DNA from: Eledone cirrhosa
Taxonomy: Eukaryota
NCBI GenBank assembly: GCA_964016885.1
Contig: OZ024758.1
Coordinates: forward strand, 12,214,001-12,278,000
Length of the DNA stretch: 64,000 nt
Direction: 5' to 3'
Of the stretch, positions 45,131 to 57,917 are shown one piece after another. The notes under the pieces are model-generated. The model saw only the letters and a program-made list of their open reading frames with translations, did no database searches and had not been told where the DNA came from. The position numbers and the translations under genes are program-made. The stretch's first letter is position 1, and every line of letters starts with the position of its first letter.

Positions 45131-45229
45131 CAGGGTGTCCAAAAAAATGAATACACAAAGGCTGTGCATTCTAATAAATATTGCCTGTACAGGTAATCAA
45201 AGGGTGTATACATTTTGTTGGAAAGACTA
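45131..45229. mobile_element. Tc1/mariner-like MITE, second copy
   Basis: ta-cagggtgtcc terminus; shares its interior with 13714-13811. Confidence 0.7.
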
Positions 45230-45247
45230 TATATATATATATATATA

Positions 45248-45417
45248 CGTTATTCCGGGTTGAATCGGAGGTAACCACAGTAAGTAAGGTACTCAATACA
45301 TAGCAGAGTATAACAGTTTTAATATAGATGAGATTCTACAGGACTAGAACTGTTTCCTGATGATTTCTAATGAATGAAACAGTTCTAGTCCTGTAGAATC
45401 TCATCTATATTAAAACT
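45248..45417 (-). mobile_element. Family G palindromic element with hammerhead-like centre
   Basis: 42-bp perfect arms 45315-45356 / 45376-45417 containing GAAAC-agttcta-GTC; spacer begins CTGATGA; terminus gttattccgggttgaatcggaggtaacca also at 17387-17415. Confidence 0.75.
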
Positions 45418-45802
45418 ATATATATATATATATATACACTCGTACATATATTAAGATTTTGTTGCATTTTCATATCCAAATAAATGTGTGTGTGTCTATG
45501 TGTTAGTGTATGCGGCTATGTGTGAATGTGTATATGCCTCTGAATTTGTCTGTTTCTGTCTCAGTATATGTTTGTGTGAGTGTATGTGTGTGTATGTGTG
45601 AGTGTGTGTGTGTGAAAACCGTCAGAAGATTAGAATCTAAGACATATAAACTGACCCACTCGAATGTTTAACAATTCCACTTATGCTAAGCCAAGCATCA
45701 TACTTGAAAAAATGGGCACACACACACATATATATATACACACACACACACACATATGTACACACACATATATATATATATATATAAATATACATATATA
45801 TT

Positions 45803-45834
<32 letters not shown>

Positions 45835-45842
45835 ATATATAT

Positions 45843-45980
45843 ATTAAAATAACAGATTAAAGTTTAAGCAAAGAATCGCTGTTATTTTAATAAATATTTG
45901 GTCTAGGGTTCTTATATATTTGATATATATTTATCCTTATCGAGCCCTCTTTGGATTTTAGTCTTCAAATGCATTATTAT

Positions 45981-45985
<5 letters not shown>
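45843..45985. mobile_element. Family F copy with short terminal fold-back
   Basis: attaaaataacag...ctgttattttaat; ends tggattttagtcttcaa...attattattacta. Confidence 0.65.
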
Positions 45986-46011
<26 letters not shown>

Positions 46012-46322
46012 AGAACTAAGTCTTTTATTGTTAATTATCTTATTCATTATAATTATAGAAATTAGTATATTTTTCTTTCTTTATAGTTTGAAATACCTGT
46101 ACAGTTATAATTAGAAATGTAAGTAATAATTTTCTGTTCTAATTAATTTCTACCTTATCGTATGTATTACAAAATATAATTATTGTTGTTTACGTAATAT
46201 TATACTGAGTGTATTCTCTGGAATATAATATCTTCCGAATCTGATTTCTATTGACCTTTTATGGAACAACAACATCGAGATTTCTTTACTTCGACTTTAC
46301 TTATGCCTGCTTTTTCTCTCTG

Positions 46323-46404
<82 letters not shown>

Positions 46405-46448
46405 ATGTGTGTGTGTAAGGGCATTAACATGCTCTCTCTCATACATAC

Positions 46449-46870
46449 ATACATGGTGGCTGCCAACTCGTTTTCGAGTACGGCCACTACTTTATATCCA
46501 TGTAGAAGAACCCCTACCGATACGCTGAACGAGTGACTTTTTAGTTCAGCCAGCGACTTGAAAACTCTGGTAAAAAACACTACACTTGTGACAATTATTG
46601 ACACATAGTGTTGGGCCCATGGTACCATGTGACGACAAGTGCAGAGAAATCTCCAGATATAAAGCAATGCCTGTGCCGTGAAGCTTTTATAGTGAGCAAA
46701 GGCACTGCGCAAAGCCAGTCCCACTCTCTTAACCAAGATGATATTTACCAAAAAGAAGAACAAGTCAACATCATTGGATACCATCAGGGTTGCAGGTGTT
46801 ATATCAGAGTTTTCCTTCTCCTACAATTCTGCCTTGACAAAAGCTAAGGTGTCATCTCTCCTGGAGATAT
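46449..46870. repeat. Interspersed repeat family A, longest copy (~420 bp), flanked by (CATA)n
   Basis: Matches 1-303 and 40684-40974. Confidence 0.85.
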
Positions 46871-46914
46871 ACATATACATACATACATACATACATACAT
46901 ACATACATACATAC

Positions 46915-46973
<59 letters not shown>

Positions 46974-47075
46974 ATTTGAACAAATAAAACAAAACAAACA
47001 CAGGGATGCAAAATTACAAAGTCTTGTTAGGTCACGCTGAAAGAAAGTGGAGGAGGATTCTACGTTTCGGAATAT

Positions 47076-47124
<49 letters not shown>

Positions 47125-47879
47125 CTGTTTATGAAGTGTGTCTCTCATATTTTTTTTATCCTTTTTATCAAGGATATTCTTCAAATCGTTAATTGGAGAC
47201 CTACAATCAAATATACTCCAGGGGTGACCATTCCATCTTTTTATCAGGCAGTGTACATCGAGTACCATTTCGTTTAATATGGTTTTACCATTTCCTCTTA
47301 TGTGGTTTTACCATTAACGAATTGATGGGTATTTAGCTGCTGTTATTTCTAGCATATCTAGAGGTCGTATGGGGACGTCGTCGTTAGCTCTTCCCTACTT
47401 GTTTTTGTTCATCCCGTAGGGACGCAAAGCAAAGACTACTCGGGTGGAATTTTAATTTGAAACCTATAGAGACGTCATTAAACACAACGTAACAACATAT
47501 AAGTCTAGTCTTTCTACCAATGTCCCCATCCCCCCTTCTTCATAACAACTATTTAAAAAACATTATAAATGTATAACTCTGATGACCTAATAAATTGTAG
47601 ATCGGCTTATTTCTAATTAAATATATAACTGAAATGATATACTTTGGAAAATATTAATGTTGTGGTAACTCAGACGACTGTATAGTTAATTGTAATAACT
47701 AGATGCCGAGGATGTGATGAAATGCCAGAAACAAAATGTCTTTCAGTAGATATTTAGGCAGTTCAAATCGTTGTAGGATGAGCTATTTTACTCTTCATCT
47801 CTCTTGATTTGATGGAATAAATGCTAGGAATATTCTTGGTTAACTAATTGTCAAGTAAAAGAATTCTAATCATACGTCA

Positions 47880-48236
47880 ATATCGGTAGAGGGTCGGACG
47901 CCATGCTTTGAAGCATAGAGTTACCTCCCTTTATGATCTGAGTTCAAATCCCGCCGAGGTTAACTTTGCCTTTCATCCTTACGGGGTCGATAAAATAAAG
48001 TACCAGTAATACACTGGGATAATTGCTGGCCTTGTGCCAAAGGTAGAAACAATATTAGAAAAAAAAAAAACAATTGTAACTCTCCTATGCCTTGGGTTTT
48101 ATTTTCTGCGACATGCAGTGACAAATAAACGAAGCTATGGTGGATTTGCAGTATCAGTAGAGCGTCGGACACCATGCGTTACAGCATAGAGTTACGGCTC
48201 TTTACATTCTGAGTTCATATCCCGCCGAAGTTAGCT
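47880..48236 (+). mobile_element. SINE family 1 copy plus head-only fragment
   Basis: Consensus match. Confidence 0.85.
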
Positions 48237-49571
48237 GGAATGAGGCGGTGGATTGGTAGAAACTTTAATCCAATTATTCTATTTATTTAGGTGTATCTGA
48301 AACATGATCTAATAAAACCTTCGCTTTTTTTTTTTTTTTTTTTACTAATGTTGAGGTGTGATTTAAACAGAGATTTAGCTGCTATTTCTACCAGGTCAAG
48401 CAACCATATAGAAACTCCATCATTGAGTATGTACTTCTAAATTCCAAACATATAGAGCATGCTGTTGACTCAACATTTTTGAAACATTACCAGATTTATT
48501 AATGTGTTATACATGAGAACTCACCTATTTTATGTTTTAAGGAATTTTTCCGCTAAATATTAATAGTATACAAGTTATTAGGTTGGTTGGTTGGTTGTTT
48601 GCTTGGTTAGTCGATTGAAACATTTTAAACCATTCAATCGCAGAATATTATTTTACATTCTACTGAGGGAATTGACAATAATCATTCTCTGCAATTAAAT
48701 TCTAAGCTGACAGCAATTATTGTTATTGAAAGGTTCCTGTTTTTAAAATAATCTATTTTGTGTCATGCGAATGTAAATTGATTTGTTTGTATACCTTTGG
48801 GAGAGGATGTCTGATGTTTTGTGATTATTTCTTCACCTGAGCGAGAAAAAGGGAGAGATGGAAGGAAGGAGATGGGGAGAGGCAGAGAGACGGGGAGACA
48901 GAGAGATAGGGAGAGATGGAGAGAGAGATGGAGAGAGACGGAGATGGACGGAGTGATAGGGCAGATGTAGATAAGGGGGGAGACGGAGAGAGACGGGGAG
49001 ATAGGGGAGATGGAGAGACATAGAGAGATAGGAGAGGCGGAAAAATAGGGAAAGATGAGGAGAAGGAGAGAGGCAGAGAGCTAGATAAACAGATGGGGAA
49101 TTAGATATAGAGACAAAAGTTCAGTCTTCAAATCCATCTCTTCACAACATACGTACATATTAACACGTCATGGTTTGTACATCTTTTACTGTGCAAACTA
49201 CTGCCAATTTCTTCAAACTCGAGTTTTTATTCTGTAGTACTATAAAGTAGTTACAAACCCACATTGAATCATTGTCTAATAGTTCAATATATCTTTCGTT
49301 ACGGTCGTACACCTTTCTAGTAAAATTCAAAACCTTATTCGAGTCAACAACGTAATCTACATATTAGAAATATAACGAACTATATCGAATATTCTTTACC
49401 TTAGATACTGGCCAGGAATATATTTAATGCTTACTCTAGTAACATTAATAGCTCACACTATAACAAAGTTTTTTAACGTTTCTTCTAGGTTTTTCACTGT
49501 TTGCCGGTTTATCGTCCTTATTTTCCTCCCCGCTTCATATGATAAGAAAGAAATGTAGTCGTATATACAAC

Positions 49572-49632
<61 letters not shown>

Positions 49633-49638
<6 letters not shown>

Positions 49639-49904
49639 ATACTTTGGGAGGGTCATGTTGCCAATAAGAAACACACGCACCAGTTGCTTTCACTTCAATT
49701 TATTATAATAAATTTATAAATTTAGGAATGTGTGACGAAAGAACTTTGACAATATATAAACAACTATCTGGTTGTGGAACCAACCAACCAACCGGAAATT
49801 TATAAATTCCTAAATTTATAAATTTATTATAATAAATTGAAGTGAAAGCAACTGGTGCGTGTGTTTCTTATTGGCAACATGACCCTCCCAAAGTATAACA
49901 ATAT
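49633..49904. mobile_element. Family D inverted-repeat element
   Basis: ~97-bp inverted arms (49633-49729 / 49806-49904); right part matches 2542-2718. Confidence 0.85.
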
Positions 49905-49958
49905 CGGTTTCAACACACGTTTTCAGATAAAGAATCTTGCTAAATAAATTCAGAAACG

Positions 49959-50001
<43 letters not shown>

Positions 50002-50313
50002 TATATATATATATATATATATAAATATATATATATTTATATATAAATATATATAAATATATATGTATATAAGAAAGAAATGTAGCCTTATATACAACAT
50101 AATTTACTGCAGAACATTAACACATTTCTGCTAATTTAACATTAGCATTCTTCAAATTATGATAATGAAATATCCAACGTAACGCAATTTCCCAAGTGAA
50201 ATTCCTAAATCTTTTTTTTTTTTTTTGAGATTTCATCCAGATTGCGGCACCTGATGGAATTGTCTTGTTTAGGAAATATATTTCATGCTATGAGGTTTTA
50301 TTCAAGAATTTTC

Positions 50314-50434
<121 letters not shown>

Positions 50435-50642
50435 TAAACGGAATAGAAAATGCTGACAAATTGTTCACAGTGAAAAATAGTTTAATTAGGAATAAGTGAG
50501 AATTAGTAATTGTATTGGTTAGTATTCAGTTTTGGTTTTAAGTTTTACCGGTTGCGCATTTCTAATGCTTCTCAAAAATAATTTTGAGATAGAGCGTCCG
50601 TGATGTTTGCTCTGATCTCTGATATATATATATTATAATAAT

Positions 50643-50835
50643 AATTGTTTCTACTTTTGGCACAAGGCCAGCAATAACCCAGTGTATTACTGGTACTTTA
50701 TTTTAATTAGCACGTAAGGATAAAAGGCAGCAAAGTTAGCTTCTACGGGATTTGAACTCAGAATGGAAAGGGCCGTAACTCTATGCGTCAAAGCATGGCG
50801 TCCGACCCTCGATCAATACAGCCAACCCACCGCCT
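50643..50835 (-). mobile_element. SINE family 1
   Basis: Consensus match. Confidence 0.85.
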
Positions 50836-50883
50836 TTATATTATAATAACAATAAACAAAAGATAGTTACTTCAGATCATCTC

Positions 50884-50929
<46 letters not shown>

Positions 50930-50982
50930 ATATATATATGTGTGTGTGTATATATATGTGTGTGTGTGTGTATATATATATA

Positions 50983-51015
<33 letters not shown>

Positions 51016-51028
51016 GTGTATATATATA

Positions 51029-51075
<47 letters not shown>

Positions 51076-51198
51076 ATATATATATATGTGTGTATATATA
51101 TGTATATGTGTGTATATATATGTATATATATATATATATATGTATATGTGTGTATATATATGTATATATATATATATATATATGTATATGTGTGTATA

Positions 51199-51257
<59 letters not shown>

Positions 51258-51368
51258 ATATGGGTGAGAAGAATACTGCTGGTTGCACATGGATAACATG
51301 TTATAAAATGAGTCCCTCATCAGTGATTTACCAAACGATCATGGGTATTTCATCGCAATATATATATA

Positions 51369-51415
<47 letters not shown>

Positions 51416-51591
51416 GTGAGGGTTTTTTACAAAATGAAAAAAAAAACGTGATGTCCTACACGAGTGAAAGTATAAAGAAAAAAGATGAAATCGAAAATGC
51501 AACTGGAGTCTTTTTAAAAAAAATATATATTTATTTGGTACCTTTACCAGTTGCATTTTCGATTTCATCTTTTTTCCTTATATATATATAT

Positions 51592-51650
51592 AGGAAAAAG
51601 TAAGACCCCGACAGCAGAGCACAAGCCGTTTCGACGGCTATTTCTGGACT
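51592..51650 (-). mobile_element. Family B fragment
   Basis: gtaagaccccgacagcagagcacaagccgtttcgacggctatttctggact. Confidence 0.75.
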
Positions 51651-52232
51651 ATATGCATACATACATACATATCTTTATTTCGCTCTCTTTTTCTTTCTAT
51701 CTCTTTCTACTTCCTTATTCTTTATCTGTCTGATTATATATCTCTCAATTATCTCAGTACTCTTCCTCTCACCCATTCTCTCTCTCTATCTATCTATCTA
51801 TCTATCTATCTCTCTTTCTACCTATCTATCTCCAACGGTCATTCAGTCTTCGTTCGCAGTAGAGATCTGATATCAGGCTCCACCCGATATTTAGGAATAG
51901 AACATTAATAATCTTTTGTTAGGTGTTAAACATTACAGATATAGAAAACAAGAAGTAAACATGGCCACTGTATATATCTTACGACGGCTCAATCTGATAA
52001 CAGTCATGTTTGAATCTGATATCTCACTCTCGATAGGGAAATTACATGATTAACTTACGATATATTCCTTACATGTGTATGGTTTATTTTATGTGTGCAT
52101 ACATATATATATACATATATACAGAGAGAGAGAGAGAAACCCGACTGCGACATCATGCTGTTTCGGCTTGTATTCTTTCCATGCATAGACCACTCCCTTG
52201 ATTTGTGGTCTCAGACTCTCTCTGTCTCTCTA

Positions 52233-52318
<86 letters not shown>

Positions 52319-52418
52319 TATATATAAGCAAAGGGATATTTAATTTGACTATCCAGGAAAAACTTGAACCGTTAAGATCTCGTTCCTGGATATGTCAATA
52401 TTTATAAAACAAACTTTG

Positions 52419-52479
52419 TATTTTATCTGATGAGTGCGTACCAAACTTTTGCTACCCTTGAAATATATATAATAGAATA
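52419..52479 (+). ncRNA. Type-I hammerhead, family E (stem II partly decayed)
   Basis: tattttat-CTGATGA-gtgcgtaccaaa..tttgctaccctt-GAA-ATATATAT-A-atagaata. Confidence 0.75.
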
Positions 52480-52520
52480 AATATAGTTTCCATTTTTTAA
52501 TATCATTGATATATATATAT

Positions 52521-52685
52521 CGGGTAAAATTCCCGAGATCCATGGACGAGTTCTCTCCAGCGGTCTCTGTCCCTCATTATCGCTGCCATGTCCTGCGTCT
52601 CCAACAGACCAGTGTCTGTCCTTAGGGCATCAACATACGTTAACCTTGGTCTTCCTCTTCTAGTGTGTCCATGTAGGGGCTCCCT
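52521..52685 (-). mobile_element. RTE LINE 3' end, same family as 2001-2442
   Basis: EPLHGHTRRGRPRLTYVDALRTDTGLLETQDMAAIMRDRDRWRELV; closely similar to 2008-2170. Confidence 0.9.
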
Positions 52686-52702
52686 ATATGGACACACTAT
52701 AT

Positions 52703-52784
52703 GAAAAGAGTCAGGACCCCACTAAGTATCGAGTACTCTGGTGCGTTATGGTCCACCTGGTATCTTACCACACCTTCCTTGTTT
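52703..52784. mobile_element. Collapsed family B copy
   Basis: gaaaagagtcaggacccc joined to aagtatcgagtactctggtgcgttatggtccacctgg...cttaccacaccttcc. Confidence 0.7.
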
Positions 52785-53200
52785 GTATATATATATGTGT
52801 GTGTGTGTGTGGATGTATGTATACGTATATGTGTGTACAATGTAAAGGATGAGGTGTGTGTGTTTCAACGATCGTATTGTAATATTTTAAAATCAAACGA
52901 ACATAGCAACAGCCGAGAAGTAAACTAAAATTAACCAATGAGGGTAACACTAATCTAGTTGCAATAATAGTCTTATGAAAGACATCAATGTGGTAATATT
53001 TCTATTCGGTATCCTATAAAACATAGATTCATTGTTTCCAACCAAAAGAGATCTCCATTAAAACTTCTATAAAATTCTGATGTTTCAATATCGATATTTC
53101 GAGACAGACTATGATTGACCTTTGATACTCAAGATAGAATTTCGAGATTTCTACGTTCAAGTTTTACAAACTAAGTTCAGATTGTATTCATACTTCCACT

Positions 53201-53532
53201 AATAATTGTTTCTACCTTTTGGCACAAGGTCAGCAATTATGCCAGTGTATTACTGGTACTTTATTTTATCGACCTCGTAAGGATGAAAGGCAAAGTTAAC
53301 CTCGGCGGGATTTGAACTCAGACCGTAAAGGGACTTAGTCACAAGGCCAACATGTTTTTGGGAAAATCGATTAAATCGACCCCAGTGTGTTACTGGTACT
53401 TTATTTTATCGACCTCGTAAGGATGAAAGGCAAAACTAACCTCGGCGGGATTTGAACTTAGAGAGCAGAGAGTCGTAATGAATACCACAAGGCATTCTAT
53501 CCGACGTTCTAGTGACTCTTCCAATTCGCCAC
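53201..53532 (-). mobile_element. Two tandem SINE family 1 copies
   Basis: Consensus match. Confidence 0.85.
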
Positions 53533-54055
53533 TTATATTACAGACCTTAACAAATATTATTCTTCCTCCCTTTGTATATATTTCAAGTTAACATTAACTA
53601 TTTCTGTTAACACTAACTTGAATACACTAAGTAAACTTTACAACTGACTGATAGCTCTTAAATTATAATTTGTAATATTTATATTATTTTATATGTAGGC
53701 GAAAATCGCCATCAAAATAGTTTATTTCTTCTACAAGATGGACTAAACCTTCTACAGGACATTGGCGACTGTATAGATTTTCATTTTAGCCATGTTAATA
53801 TGTGGGAATTTAAATTATATTATCGTTCAACGTTATCATTCTATGCTTGAAAAAATATACAAGCTTCTACATTCCATTTCGTTTTGCTACAATTAAATAT
53901 TTGTAATTAGGTTTAGGGTATTTTTTCTTCTAAATATACGTTTTTGTTTTTTAAAGTTTCTGTTAAAAATGAGGTTAAAATATTTATTTTATTATTTGCT
54001 TTAGTTGTTTGTCCCTTTCTTTGCTGGGCTTAAGTTTTGCATATTTATGCCCGAC

Positions 54056-54100
<45 letters not shown>

Positions 54101-54107
54101 GTGTATA

Positions 54108-54154
<47 letters not shown>

Positions 54155-54823
54155 ATACAAAAGGAATGCGGAACAATCTCGACTGTTTATTTGTTCACAT
54201 AAATAATCTATATCTAAGTTTCCTTAGCTCAGAAAAGTTTGAATTAAAATAACAGTTGGTTTATTGCAAAAGGCTATATATGTGTGTGTATGTCTGTATG
54301 TGTGTCTGAGTCTGTGTCTGTGTATATGTGTGAGTATGTATATATATGTGTGTCTGTATCTGTGTCTGAGTTTGTGTATATGTGTGAGTGTATGTGTGTC
54401 TGTCAGTGTATATGTGAGTGTATGTATAGATGTATATGTGTATCTGTGACTGTGTCTGTGTGAGTGTATGTATATGTGTTTGTGTCTGTGTCAGTGTATG
54501 TATATGTGTGCCTGTGGCTGTGTCTGTGTATATGTGAGTGTATGTATATGTGTGTGTCTTTACATATACATGAATATTTGCTGGTGAAACACACACTAGT
54601 GATTATGTTGCGATGGTGTTATTGTTATTGTTGTTCATGATGATGATCGTTTATTCAGACAAATTGTGACGGTAGGTGGCGTCAATGGAAGTATATAGTG
54701 TATATGTTTATTGTATTAATGTTGTCATATGACCTGCCTGACCTTATTGGAAAGTCATTTAAGGGCTCCATGTTTCTTGTGCTGTGGTTGTAAAACTGAT
54801 TCATAAATAATCCACAACATAAA

Positions 54824-54946
54824 TGTTGTATGTCACTATGAAATGTTTTGGTTGTATAATGGTGGCGTTTCGTTTCGTTTTGGGGGGTTGTTGTATGTCA
54901 CTATGAAATGTTTTGGTTGTATAATGGTGGCGTTTCGTTTCGTTTT
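54824..54946. repeat. ~64-bp tandem duplication
   Basis: tgttgtatgtcactatgaaatgttttggttgtataatggtggcgtttcgtttcgtttt present twice. Confidence 0.85.
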
Positions 54947-55995
54947 TTTTTTTTGTTTTTTTTTGCGTTAATCCTATAATCATTTAAACCATTTAAAGCG
55001 GTGAATTGATACGGTCAGTAGATCGTCGGATAGAACACGATGCACTATTTGTTCTAGTTTTCTACTGTCTATAGGTCTCTAAAGTCTAATTTCAAATTCC
55101 ACAGAGGTTTATTTGTCTCCAGTACCATTAAATGGCACACGATTAGTTTAAATGTTAGAGCGCTGTGGTCTTTGTTCCGGCTCTTTGCTCTCAAAAACAA
55201 AATTTCATCCTCCACTGAAAAACTTCATAGGCTGACCAAGATACTCACATGGAATGACCAAATAAGGTTTATTTTTCAACAGAGTCACTAAAAGGAAACA
55301 ATGTAGTTGAATTTAATGTCTGCAAGATTTCATAGCGCTAGCGTCGCTCCTAAATAGTCAGTCTATGACATGTGTATGTATGTAAGGAACTCCTTTCCAG
55401 AAAAATCTTCTGGAAAGAAGAGGAAATATGTGACGTCCGAACGGAGAATCCTCCACCTCCAACAATCTAATCGTCCGTTCCTGGATCCTGGCTGATAGGA
55501 TGTAAGCAAAGAAATCTCCCTCAAACAATACTTAACATTTTCATAAGAAACTAACCGAAGACATATTGGATAATGTAGTTCTATATAAACTATTTTTTTT
55601 TGAAAAAAAAAATGACAGGATGATGATTAAAATTGCTTGCCTTTTGATCATAATACTGTTCCATCAACAACAAACATTTCTGCTGCTCTGTATAAATATA
55701 TTTATATAGGATAGTATAACTTATCAAAATAAATATCTCCTTAAATTTCATAACAATGAAAATGTGTAACCTAACAGCTTGACTATGTTTATATGGGAAT
55801 CTGTGTAGATACTTTGTATCAGTTTTATCAGGTTTTGAATTAAGGTTTCACTGGTCACTGACCTGCCCGAATATTTACTCAGTTAGACAAGTCGTAAATG
55901 TTTATGTAATATCCGCCCCGCCCCCCTCCTTTCGTTCGTGCTCCTTACGGCGAGTAACAAAACCAGCAATTATTATTATTATTATTAAAAGGAAG

Positions 55996-56808
55996 GGCGG
56001 TGGATTGGTAATATCGGACGCTATGCTTGGCAGCAAAGAGTTACGGCCCTTTATGGTCTGAGTTCAAATCCCGCCGAGGTTAACTTTTCCTTTCATCCTT
56101 TACGGGGTCGATAAAATAAAGTACCAGTAATACACTGGGATAATTGCTGGCCTTGTGCCAAAAGTAGAAACAATTATTATTATTAAAAGGGCGGTGAGAG
56201 AAACGGATTGGCAGTATCGGTAGAGCGCCGGACAACATGATTCGTGGTATAGAGTTAAAAGTATTTATGTTCTGAGTTCTAATCCCCCTGAGGTTAACTT
56301 TGCCTTTCATCCTTACGGGGTCGGTAAAATAAAGTACCAGTAATGTACTGGGGTCGACTTTCACTTCCCCTAAAATTGCTGGCCTTGCGCCTAAATCATA
56401 AACCATTATTATTATTACCATTGGTGGGGGTTTGGCAGAATCGGTAGAGCGTCGGACATATGCTTGGCAGCATAAGGTTACGACCCTTTACATTCTGATT
56501 TCTAATCCGGTCGAGGTTGATAAAATAAAGCACGAGTAATTCACCCTCCCCTTCAAATTGCTGGCCTTGAGCCTAAAGTAGAAACATTTGTTATTATCAC
56601 CATCATCATCATCATTGTGGATTGGCAGTATCAGTAGAGGGTTGGACGCCATGCTTTCCAACATAGTTACGTCCCTTTACGATCTGAGTTCAAATCCCGC
56701 CGAGGTTGACTTTGCCTTTCATCCTTATGGGGTCGATAAAATAAAGTACCAGTAATGTACTGGGTAATTGCTGGCCTTGTGCCTAAAGTAGAAACAATTA
56801 TTATTATT
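55996..56808 (+). mobile_element. Four head-to-tail SINE family 1 copies
   Basis: Copies start at ~55996, ~56188, ~56422 and ~56617, each after an (ATT)/(ATC) tail. Confidence 0.9.
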
Positions 56809-57186
56809 ATCTTTTCCTAACCACCATCTTGTATTTCATTATAAACGGTTTCCAGAAATAAAATTTATGACAAGTTTACGTAAAATTTAACATTTCCTTT
56901 CTTTAATTTTTACTTGGTTTCAGATTTTATATCCTCTCTTAAGTTGAATTACTTAATTTCTTTGTTTTTTTTATTGTTTATATCTTATTATTTATATTTT
57001 TATTACATAATTTATTGTATTTACTTTACTGGGTTATTGGAACCCAGCTCGACCTTTCACCTTTTATCTCAAACTTTCCGAGAATATTTCCCTTTAGACA
57101 TATGGAAATATAAAACTGGCATGCACGTGTATGCATATATATGTGTATGTATGTGTCTGTATATTTATATATATATGTGTGTGTGT

Positions 57187-57285
<99 letters not shown>

Positions 57286-57510
57286 TGTGCGAACAGGTTA
57301 GTATATACGTCGTACGTTTTATGTATGTATGTACATACATACATAAGTACAATTTAATGTAACAATATGAGATAAGCTAACCTAGCATAAAATTACGAAA
57401 TGTCTGTTGATCGTCTGCTTCTTACAATTGACGCTCAGCTGATATTCTGAAGCTAACCGTTTACATGTCTCTATACATCATGTTTGCATTACACAATATG
57501 TCAGCAGTAA

Positions 57511-57880
57511 CGTTTCTACATAGAATATATACACTTTATATACACTTTCTATACACAATGATATGATTTCTACATAGAATATATACACTTTCTATACACA
57601 ATGATATGATTTCTACATAGAATATATACACTTTCTATACACAATGATATGATTTCTACATAGAATATATACACTTTCTATACACAATGATATGATTTCT
57701 ACATAGAATATATACACTTTCTATACACAATGATATGATTTCTACATAGAATATATACACTTCCTATACACAATGATATGATTTCTACATAGAATATATA
57801 CACTTTCTATACACAATGATATGATTTCTATATAAAATATATACACTTTCTATACACAATGATATGATTTCTACATAGAA
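57511..57880. repeat. 43-bp minisatellite
   Basis: Unit atttctacatagaatatatacactttctatacacaatgatatg. Confidence 0.95.
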
Positions 57881-57917
57881 AGTTTATAATTTCTAAACAC
57901 ACTGTATAGGCAGTAAC

